A stretch of DNA of 62,883 nt from Planctomycetota bacterium (GTDB lineage Bacteria > Planctomycetota > Phycisphaerae > Phycisphaerales > UBA1924): positions 1-62,883 of the forward strand of contig JBCBMF010000001.1 of assembly GCA_039822905.1 (NCBI GenBank). The letters are read 5' to 3'. A program made the position numbers and the translations under genes. Below, one piece after another: positions 26,586 to 35,282 of this stretch (within the stretch, counting starts at the first letter, position 1; every line of letters begins with the position of its first letter). The notes below the pieces were generated by a model. That model was given only the letters and a program-made list of their open reading frames with translations, was not told where the DNA came from and made no database searches.

Positions 26586-27764
26586 TCAGCCCTCTCCCCG
26601 CTCGCCGCTCGCGTCCGCCCGCGGGGCCGCCGCCTCATCCGCGGGACCATCCAGCACGATCAATGGCTGCATCGGGAACATCCGCTCGTTGCCCTCGATC
26701 ACCACCCGAGCGCCCTCGCTCAGCCCGCCCGGCCGAATGGCAACTCTGTCCCCGACCGCAAACAACCGGCTGATCTGCATCGGCATACCGACCTGCCCTT
26801 CACCGAACGGGTTCGGCCCCGCGGTGTACACGAACTCCCCAGCGTCATTTCTCAGGATCGCGTCCTTGTGCACCGTCAGCGTCGCCTCCGCCGCGCCCGT
26901 CGGCACCTCAGCCACAACGCTCATGCCGGGCTGGAGCAGCGCACCGTCACCCACCCGGATTCGCACCGGGAACAGCCGGCTCAGCGGGTCGGCGCTCGGC
27001 ACCACCTGAATGATCTCGCCGCTGATCGACGCGTCCGCCGCCGCAACGATCACCCGCACCGGCGGCGTCTCACCCGACCCCGCCGTCATCACCCGTCCGA
27101 TCAGCCGCTCCGGAACATCGATCCACGCCTCGATCGAGCCGGCGTCGTACATCTCAAGCACCACGCCGCCCTCGCCCACCCACTGACCGACCTCCGTCGC
27201 AAGCTCAACAACACGCCCATCGAACGGCGCGACAACCTCCATATCCCGAAGCCGCTTCTTCAGCACATCCACGGCCCGCGCAGCCGTCTCCACATCCGCC
27301 TGCGCCCGCTGCAACCGCGCGCGGGCCGCGGCATCCTCAAGCATCGCGTCATCCAGCTCCTGCGCACTCGCCGACGCCTCATCCCGAAGCCTTTGCACAC
27401 GCCCGAGCTCCTTGCCCGCCCGCTGCGCCAGCGCCTCTCGCTCCTCGACCGTCGCCTCGAGCGCCGTCAGCTCCGCCTCCTGCCGCGCAAGCTCGAGCTC
27501 GACGATCTCCGAGTCCAGCTGCGCGATCACCGTCCCGGCCTCGACCGCGTCGCCCTCCTGCACATCCAGCACCAAGACGAGCCCCTCGGCCTGCGTCGCC
27601 AGCCGCGACCGCCGCTGCGCCCGCAGCTCGCCCGTGACCCGCCGCATCTGCTCGACCGTCTCCAGCCGCACCGCGTCCAGCCGCACCTTCGCCGGCGGCG
27701 GCCCGTCCTGCGCAGCCGCCCCAACACCCAACGCCGCGATCAGCACCGCAATTAGCCTTCGCAC
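26586..27764 (-). CDS. RND efflux periplasmic adaptor (membrane fusion protein)
   Basis: GTG start and a signal peptide. Biotinyl-lipoyl-like hairpin (GDAVEAGTVIAQLD), a long coiled-coil and beta-barrel segments. Lies 3 nt upstream of the RND gene. Confidence 0.88.
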   Translation of the reverse strand: MRRLIAVLIAALGVGAAAQDGPPPAKVRLDAVRLETVEQMRRVTGELRAQRRSRLATQAEGLVLVLDVQEGDAVEAGTVIAQLDSEIVELELARQEAELTALEATVEEREALAQRAGKELGRVQRLRDEASASAQELDDAMLEDAAARARLQRAQADVETAARAVDVLKKRLRDMEVVAPFDGRVVELATEVGQWVGEGGVVLEMYDAGSIEAWIDVPERLIGRVMTAGSGETPPVRVIVAAADASISGEIIQVVPSADPLSRLFPVRIRVGDGALLQPGMSVVAEVPTGAAEATLTVHKDAILRNDAGEFVYTAGPNPFGEGQVGMPMQISRLFAVGDRVAIRPGGLSEGARVVIEGNERMFPMQPLIVLDGPADEAAAPRADASGERGEG

Positions 27765-28267
27765 CGGTTCATCTCCCGCTCGAATCCGTTCACGTTGTCG
27801 ATCAGCCGCGCGAGATCGCCCTCGATCCGCGACACCTCGCCCCCGCTCATGCCCCGCAGCATCCCTGCCTCGAACCGCTCGGCCAGCTCTTCCGTCGCCT
27901 CCAGCGCCGCCCGACCCACCCCCGTAAGCGAGACGAACACCGCGCGGCCGTGCCCAGGCCGAGTCGACCGCGTCAGCAGCCCCTCGCCTTCCATCGCCGC
28001 CAGCATCCGGCTCACCGCCTGCGCACTCAGCAGCGCCGACTCGCTCAGCGCCGAAACCGTGGGCGACTCCCCCGCTGCCTCGGCCTCACCGATCGCACAC
28101 AAGAGCAGCCACCGGCTCGACGTCAGCCCGATCTCTGCCGACAGCCGATCGCCCACGCGCATGATCATGTTGTGGAGCACGAACACATTTCGAACAAGAC
28201 ACGCCTCCCGGCCCTCGGGCTCGGGCGGCTGTGCATCACCACTCAGGCTGTGCGTCTCGCGCGACAT
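27752..28267 (-). CDS. MarR-family transcriptional regulator
   Basis: 171 aa. Winged-helix core LTSSRWLLLCAI...TVSALSESALLSAQAVSRMLAAMEGEGLLTR. Overlaps the MFP start by 13 nt. Confidence 0.85.
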   Translation of the reverse strand: MSRETHSLSGDAQPPEPEGREACLVRNVFVLHNMIMRVGDRLSAEIGLTSSRWLLLCAIGEAEAAGESPTVSALSESALLSAQAVSRMLAAMEGEGLLTRSTRPGHGRAVFVSLTGVGRAALEATEELAERFEAGMLRGMSGGEVSRIEGDLARLIDNVNGFEREMNRCEG

Positions 28268-28297
28268 AGGACGAGGCTAGCCGGCCTGATCTACAAA

Positions 28298-28332
28298 TCA
28301 ACATGTTGAATAACTATCTCAACGTGTTGAAT
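28298..28332. promoter_or_regulatory. two tandem palindromic operator-like sites in the marR / TPPII-homologue divergent intergenic region
   Basis: TCAACATGTTGAAT (28298-28311, with a perfect 12-bp palindrome TCAACATGTTGA) and TCAACGTGTTGAAT (28319-28332). They are 21 bp apart, AT-rich in a GC-rich genome, and 31-65 nt upstream of the marR ATG. Confidence 0.6.
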
Positions 28333-28430
28333 CGAGTCTTCGAACGTGCCCTCGGTCTCGGTTGCAGCAATCCACTGAGAAACCGGTACCATTCGCACCG
28401 TCATTCTGACGCCATTCTGGAGTTCGCAAC

Positions 28431-31400
28431 ATGACCGCACGCCTCGCCGCCCCGCTGCTGCCGTTCATCCTCGCCGCCGGCTGTGCCTCGGCACCAACCA
28501 CAGAATCGACCGCCGAACCGACAGCGCAGAGCACACAACCGAACCAAGCCGCCGCGGTCGCCAACCAACCCAACGCGACGCTCGCGGCACTCCCCGCCTC
28601 GATCGAAGCCCAGCCCGACAACGCCTTCGCCGACGCCCTCCAGCCCAAGACCGAGACCGGCGTCGACCGCTTCCTCCAGCAGTTCCCCGAGGCCGACGGC
28701 CGAGGCGTAGTGGTCGCCATCTTCGACACCGGTGTCGACCCCGCGGCACCCGGCATGCAGGTCACGACCGACGGCAAGCCCAAGATCATCGACCTCGTCG
28801 ACGCCTCGGGCTCAGGAGACGTCGACACCTCCACCGTCGCAGAGCTCAACGACGACGGCACCGTCACGGGCCTCTCGGGACGCACTCTCACACTCAACCC
28901 CGACTGGGCCAACCCGACGGGTGAAGTCCGCATCGGTCTCAAGCCCGCCACCGAGCTGTTCCCCCGGGGCCTCGTCGGCCGCGTTATGGGCGAGCGCTCC
29001 AAGGACCGCATGGAAGAACATCGCGCGCTCGTCGCGCAGGCCAAGCGTGCGCTCGCCGACTTCGACGCCGAGCACCCCGAGCCCACCGAAGACGAACTCG
29101 AAATCCGCGACGATCTCCAGAAGCGCCTCGACCTGCTTGCCGACATACCCGACACCATTGAAGACGCCGGCCCGATGTACGACTGCGTCGTCTGGCACGA
29201 CGGCGAGCACTGGCGCGCCGCCGTCGACACCGACGAAGACGGCGACCTGGCCGAAGAACTCGCCATGACCAACTTCCGCACCGAACGCGAGTTCGGCACC
29301 TTCGGCGACGAGGACCTGCTCAACTTCGCCGTCAACATCTACAACGAGGGTGACATCCTCTCGATCTTCACCGAAGCCGGCGCCCACGGCACACACGTCG
29401 CCGGCACCGTCGCCGCCCACTTCCCCGACCAGCCCGAACTCAACGGCATGGCCCCCGGCGCACAGATCGTCGGCGTCAAGATCGGCGACACCCGACTTGG
29501 CTCGTCCTCGGTCAACACCGGACTCGTCCGAGGCATCATCGCCGTCATCGAGAACGACGCCGACATGATCAACATGTCCTACGGCGGCCCCGGCGCGTTC
29601 CCCGACACCCGCTTCCGCGTCGACCAGCTCGCCGCCGAGGTCGTCAACGAGCACAACGTCGTCTTCGTTTCGTCAGCAGGCAACTCGGGCCCGGCGCTCA
29701 GCACCGTCGGCTCGCCCGGTGGCAGCACCGGCGCGATCATCGGTGTGGGCGCAGCCATCTCCGCCCAGATGATGGAAGCCCAATACGCCGTCCGTGAGGG
29801 CTGGGGCGACCTGCAGTACCCCTGGTCCAGCCGAGGCCCCACGCTCGACGGCGATCTGGGCGTCGACATCTCCGCACCCGGCGGCGCCATCAGCCCCGTC
29901 CCCAGCTGGACACTCAACAAGCACCAGCTCATGAACGGCACCAGCATGTCGTCGCCCAACGCCTGCGGCGGCATCGCGCTCATCCTCAGCAAGCTCAAGC
30001 AGGAAGACATCGCCACTCACCCCGCCGCCATCAAGCGCGCCGTCACCGAGACCGCCGTCCCCCTGCCGGGCCAGTCCCCCTGGGCCAACGGCGCGGGCAT
30101 GCTGCAGGTCGACGCCGCCTACGAGCACCTCGTCAACTACCACGACGACCGCTACACCGACGTCACCTTCCACGCCCGCGGCCCGGGCAACACCCGCGGC
30201 ATCTACCTCCGCGAGCCCTACGAGACCGACGAGCCCAGCGAGATCAGCGTCAGCTTCCGCCCCGAATGGCTCGACGACGCCGACAACCGCCGCAAGACCG
30301 ACTTCGACATGCGCCTCGCAATCGAGGCCACCGAGCCGTGGATCGAAACCGCAAGCAGCCACACCCTCAACGCCGCGGGGCGAAACACAACCGTCCGCGT
30401 CGACCCGACCGACCTCGAGCCCGGTGCGCACTTCGCCAAGATCCTCGCCTTCGACGACGCCCACCCCGAACGCGGGCCGATGTTCACCTTCCCCGTCACA
30501 GTCATCAAGGGCATCGAGCTCTCCGAAGACGACGGCTACACCTACCGCGAGACCATCACCACAAGCAACGGCGACCTCTTCAAGCGCTTCTTTCACGCCC
30601 CCGAGGGCGCGACCTGGATGGACGTCATCATCGAGCGCCTCGATTCAGACACCAGCCGCACGCTTGTGTGCCACATGACCCAGCTCCGCGAAGAAGAAGC
30701 CTTCACCGCGCACAACAGCCGGAGCTGGCTCACCTTCGACGACGACGACTTCCAGACGCGCTCGATGCGCGTCGACGGCGGCCGAACCGTCGAGCTCGCG
30801 CTCGCGCAGAACTGGTCCAGCCTCGGCGAGGGCGAGTTCGATGTCACCGTCCGCTTCCGCGGCGTCCGCCCCGAGCCCTCGATGGTCATGATCGACGGGG
30901 CTGACTACGTCACCCCCATGAACATCAGCAGCCCGCTCCGCGACGCCAACGTCCGCCCCAGCGGCTCGTTCACCGGACTCCGCCGGAGCATCCGACCGAC
31001 CGACTGGACCATCTCCGCCCTCGACTCCAAGCGTGACATGCTCCCCGAAGGCCGGCAGACCTACGAGATCGTCCTCGAGTACGACCTCTCCATGAGCGAA
31101 GACGGCACCGTCCGCATCGACCCCGCCGCCAGCGCCGTCCCCCACTTCTGGGACGAGTTCGAGTCCAGCCTCTGGCGCATCTACGACACGTACAACAAGG
31201 CCGTCGTCACCAGCGCCGGCGGGAGCGAAGACGTCGAGCTCGACGAGGGCGACTACACCGTCGAGTTCCACGTCCGCCACCACGACCCCGACATGCTCAT
31301 CAAGCTGGAGAACTCCTCGCTCATCCTGACGCACGAGATCAAGAGCGTCGGCATCAAGGTCGCCCGCTCGCCCGACGCCGCCCTCAACGGCTCGGGCAAT

Positions 31401-32432
31401 TTCGGCACCCGCGAGCTCGACCGAGGCCAGACCGTCCGCGCCTACATCGCCACGCCCACCGACCTGCCCGATCTCGCCGAGACGGGCGACGTCCTGCTCG
31501 GCTCAATGTCCTTCGGTGCAGCCACCGATATGGGCGGCGCGTCCTCCCGCCCCGGCGGCTGGCCCGTCGCCATGCGCGTTGCTGCCAAAGCCAACGACAA
31601 GCCCGAGATCGAAGCCAAGGACGACGATGCCGACGACAACGGCGACGAGCCGACCCGCACCGAGGAGCTCGCCGACGAGATCACCGACCTCAAGATCGCC
31701 GCGCTCAACGACCTCATGGCCGCCGACGAAGCCGACGAGTTCGAAGCCCTCGCCGCCGAGCTCATGGCCGACGCCGACAACGAGCTCGACGTCCTGCTCG
31801 CCCGCATGCACCGTGCCGATGCGCTCGCCGAATCAGCGAGTGACGACGCCGAGGCTGAGGCCGAAGAGGCCAACGAAGAAGGCGAAGCCGTCGACGCCGA
31901 GCCCGCCGGGGAAGCGGAGCCGGCACCTGAGCCCGTCACGGCTGACGATGTCATCGCCGCCGCGCAGGCCGTCATCGCCGCGATCGATACCGACGCCCTC
32001 GCCGCCTACAACGGCGTCAAGCACGACGAGGACGCCGACGACTTCAACGAGGACCTCGCCGACGAGATGGCCAAGCAGAAGAACGCCCTTACCGAGGCCC
32101 TCACGCTCATCGTCATGACCAGGACCGACATGCTCGAAAACGAATCGGGCGAGGTCGGCGTTGAAGCCGTCGAAGACGCCATCGCCGACCTCGAACGCTG
32201 GGGCTCGCTCGATGACGACGACCAGGGCACGGTCGACATGGCACTCGCCAAGGCCGAGGGTCGGCTCGGTGACGCACTCGCCATGATCAACGCCAAGATC
32301 GACGACGAGCCCACCCGCGATCTGCGCGAGCAGCGCATCGAGCTGCTCGAAGAGCTCGGCTGGACCGTCTGGGCCAACCTCGAACGCGACCGCCTCATCG
32401 GCGACATGCCCAAGTTCGACCCGGTCTTCTAA
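28431..32432 (+). CDS. tripeptidyl-peptidase II-like S8 subtilase with lipoprotein signal peptide
   Basis: 1333 aa. Lipobox LAAGC at aa 14-18. [59 protein letters not shown] and [20 protein letters not shown]. The Asp99-His319-Ser505 spacing matches that of eukaryotic TPPII. Similarity continues to the C-terminal ...LLEELGWT...DPVF. Confidence 0.9.
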   Translation: [1333 protein letters not shown]

Positions 32433-32458
32433 GCCGAACAGCACATGGTGAAAACGCA

Positions 32459-32497
32459 AGCGGGGCCCGGCATCGACCGGGCCCCGCTTTCATTTCA
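32459..32497. terminator. bidirectional intrinsic terminator between convergent genes
   Basis: 12-bp GC stem AGCGGGGCCCGG / CCGGGCCCCGCT (32459-32470 / 32477-32488) with loop CATCGA. Followed by TTCATTTCAT on the plus strand and preceded by GAAAACGCA. Confidence 0.7.
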
Positions 32498-32517
32498 TGC
32501 TGTCAAGCCGTCCCGGC

Positions 32518-33315
32518 TCAGTAGTTCCACGTCAGCAGGATGAAGTAGTCCGTGTCGCTCCGCTGCACGCCGTTCGGATCGGTGTCGTACTGGTTCTCGA
32601 CGCCGATCTTCAGCGTCAGCGCGATCTCTGGATCGACCAGCATCTCCCACGTCGCCCGCGACTGGACACGCCAGTTGCGGATGTCGCCGAGATCAGGGAA
32701 TGCCTCCGCGCTCGCGTTGAACAACTGGTTCTCTGTGAGCTGGCGGCGGTACTCTGCGGCCAGCACACCCTCGGCCCGCCAGGCGTTGTCGCTGCCGCCG
32801 ATCTCACGCGTCGCACCCGCACCCGCGCGGGTCATGAACCGCTGCTTCTCGGTGTCGGTCCACACATAGCCCGGGCCGGCAAAGATCGACACCCGCGTGT
32901 CCCAGTCCTGGAACTCGTCGTAATCGAACTGACCGCTCGCGAACGCGAACCACTTCGAGCCCTCGAACTTCCAGTCGTTCCGCCCGATGACGCGGGCCTC
33001 GTTCTCGCTGATGCCGTCGTTGTCGGTCGCGTACGAGTACGTGCCAAGGAACGACGATCGCGTTTCTTTCGTGTCGCGCTCGCCGTTGATCTCGGCGCGG
33101 AAGTCGAACTGATCGGTGTTGCCCTCACTGCCGAACAGGCCCAGCGACACACCGCCGCTCCAGCCGTCGAGCAGGCTGTCCCACTGCGGCAGCTCCTCAC
33201 CCTCGGCCACGTCGGATTCCGGCGCCGGCGCAAGATGCTCGTCGACCTGCGCACCGCCCAAGCCGGCCGCGCCGACGAGCACCGAGGCCATACCAATCCG
33301 AACCAGGTCGTTCAT
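32518..33315 (-). CDS. DUF481-family outer-membrane beta-barrel protein (YdiY-like)
   Basis: The real start MNDLVRIGMASVLVGAAGLGGAQ is at the ATG at 33315. GGVSLGLFGSEGNTDQ..., alternating beta-strand pattern, and a C-terminal aromatic ...LLTWNY. Confidence 0.75.
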   Translation of the reverse strand: MNDLVRIGMASVLVGAAGLGGAQVDEHLAPAPESDVAEGEELPQWDSLLDGWSGGVSLGLFGSEGNTDQFDFRAEINGERDTKETRSSFLGTYSYATDNDGISENEARVIGRNDWKFEGSKWFAFASGQFDYDEFQDWDTRVSIFAGPGYVWTDTEKQRFMTRAGAGATREIGGSDNAWRAEGVLAAEYRRQLTENQLFNASAEAFPDLGDIRNWRVQSRATWEMLVDPEIALTLKIGVENQYDTDPNGVQRSDTDYFILLTWNY

Positions 33316-33355
33316 CGTGTCTTCCCCTTCGCGGGGAAGCACGAAAGCCGCCCCT

Positions 33356-34375
33356 TCAGAATCTCCAGAACAAATCAATCGACATGTCAAAGTCGTTGCG
33401 CTCGGGCCGACGACTCGGACGGGCATCATACCTGTTCTGCGCCGAAAGCCGCAAACCAAGCCCGGCCTCAGGTGCGATGTCGATGTCCCAATTCGCGCGC
33501 GAATCGAGCCGAAAACTCGACGGCTGCTCGATCTCGGGCCTGTAGTCGATGCGGAAGCCAACCTTCTGCGTATCCGTGAACCGGTGCTCGCCGATCAAGA
33601 AGATCGCGCCCTCCGGCACGAAGTCCTCATCGCCCCCACCAAATTCACGCCGCACACTCGCAGCGAGATTGAACCGTATGTTCGTCTTGTCGTTCTTGAC
33701 CCACTGATAGTTCGGCCCAGTCGACACCGCGATCCGGTAGTCGTAATCCTGGAACCGATCCGCATCCCCATCAACCTGCACGAACACGCTGTTCCACTTC
33801 GTCCCGCCCGTCGACCAGTTCTGCCGAAACCGCGACACGAGCCGGTTCTCCGATTCGCCCGCGTTGTTGTTCGCGACGATGTACTCGGTAAACAGCCGCG
33901 TCTCGTGGCCCCAGTACTTCTTGTTGATGTTGAACCCACCCCGGAACCGCGTGCGGTCGTTGTTCCCGCTCGCGAGCTCGAAGCCGAACCGCAGCTCACC
34001 CTTCCAGTCCGCGATGATCGACCGCACGATGCTCGGCTTGGGCGGCGCCTCAGGCCCCGCCTGCTCCGCGGCCGCCGCGTTCTCATTCGGGTTCGGGCCC
34101 TCGGGCTGCTCAGCCGCCGCCCCCGCAACAGCAACCGCCGCCCCCTCAACACCCGCCGCGGGCGGCGCAGCCGCTACCACGGTGTCCGGTCGAAATTCGG
34201 GGTCGAACCACCGGTTGCTCGATTCGAACGACCCGCCGCCGCCGACGTCGGCACCCGTTCCCGAGACGTCCAGCAGCCGTTCACGCACCGAAAGCCCAGC
34301 GTCCGCCGACGCCATCGCCACACCCGCGCCGAGCCAAACGCCCGTCGCCGCTGCTCCAGCACATATCCGAAACAC
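33356..34375 (-). CDS. DUF481-family outer-membrane beta-barrel protein, tandem paralogue with a long low-complexity N-terminus
   Basis: WKGELRFGFELASGNNDR..., FRQNWSTGGTKW, and C-terminal ...SIDLFWRF. Signal-like N-terminus followed by an Ala/Pro/Glu linker. Confidence 0.72.
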   Translation of the reverse strand: MFRICAGAAATGVWLGAGVAMASADAGLSVRERLLDVSGTGADVGGGGSFESSNRWFDPEFRPDTVVAAAPPAAGVEGAAVAVAGAAAEQPEGPNPNENAAAAEQAGPEAPPKPSIVRSIIADWKGELRFGFELASGNNDRTRFRGGFNINKKYWGHETRLFTEYIVANNNAGESENRLVSRFRQNWSTGGTKWNSVFVQVDGDADRFQDYDYRIAVSTGPNYQWVKNDKTNIRFNLAASVRREFGGGDEDFVPEGAIFLIGEHRFTDTQKVGFRIDYRPEIEQPSSFRLDSRANWDIDIAPEAGLGLRLSAQNRYDARPSRRPERNDFDMSIDLFWRF

Positions 34376-34543
34376 AACTTCTCCGTCGGACTCCAGATAC
34401 CATACAGCGAGCCCGCCCCCACTCCATCGGTTCTCGGAAGGGTCGGCAGAGAAACATGTTGCGGTTTACGCCCGGAAACTCGGGCTCTCCCGACACACAA
34501 GCGCTGGACCGGCGGAGCCGTCCAGTCCGATGACAGGCAAGAC

Positions 34544-35275
34544 ATGGACGCGAACCAACACCACCGAAGCCTGACCCGACGATCAATCCTCCTTTCGGGC
34601 CTCGGCTCCGCCGCCGCCATCGCCGCGGGCTGCTCGACCAGCTCCGCACCCCGGCGGGCCTCAAACCTGCCAGGCCCCGTCTGGCCCCACGAGCGCACGC
34701 CCGCACCAAGCACCAGCGATCGGCCTCAGGCCGCCCGCGCCCAGCTCGGCCGCGTCCGCGTTGTCGCCAGGTCCAACTGGACCTCGGCCGAGCCCAAAGC
34801 CTGGGAAGCCAAGCCCCTCAACGGCGTCGCACGCATCACCGTCCACCACGACGGCATGGACCCCGTCCGCCTCAACTCACCCGCCGAGGTCGCCGACCGG
34901 CTCGAGCTCATCCGCCAAGTCCACGTCGAGAACAACGGCTGGGCCGACATCGGCTACCACTTCGCCGTCGACCCCCAGGGTCGCGTCTGGGCCACACGCC
35001 CCCTTAACCTCCAGGGCGCCCACGTCAAGAACGAGAACGAGCACAACATGGGCATCCTCGTGCTCGGCAACTTCGAGATGCAATCGCCCACGCCCGCCGC
35101 GATGACCGCGCTCGACTCGCTGCTGGTCGAAGCCGCCATGGTCAACCGCGTGCCGCTGGCCAACATCCGCACCCACCGCGAGTGGAACCCCACCGCGTGC
35201 CCGGGCGCATCGCTCCAGCAGCACATGAACGTCGCACGCTCGCCGCGAGGCCGTGTCGCCGCCCGCGTCGCCTGA
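34544..35275 (+). CDS. N-acetylmuramoyl-L-alanine amidase (Amidase_2/PGRP fold) with Tat-type lipoprotein signal
   Basis: The start MDANQHHRSLTRRSILLSGLGSAAAIAAGC carries a twin-arginine motif and a lipobox. ITVHHDGM..., WADIGYHFAVDPQGRVW, GAHV...NMGILVLGNF, HREWNPTACPG. Confidence 0.85.
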   Translation: MDANQHHRSLTRRSILLSGLGSAAAIAAGCSTSSAPRRASNLPGPVWPHERTPAPSTSDRPQAARAQLGRVRVVARSNWTSAEPKAWEAKPLNGVARITVHHDGMDPVRLNSPAEVADRLELIRQVHVENNGWADIGYHFAVDPQGRVWATRPLNLQGAHVKNENEHNMGILVLGNFEMQSPTPAAMTALDSLLVEAAMVNRVPLANIRTHREWNPTACPGASLQQHMNVARSPRGRVAARVA

Positions 35276-35282
35276 CCGGCAA

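Noticed and set aside
23481-27755. 1424-aa ORF on the plus strand
   Set aside because: It lies entirely antisense to the RND permease and MFP genes. The translation is Arg/His/Pro/Asp low complexity with no motifs. This is a typical high-GC shadow ORF.
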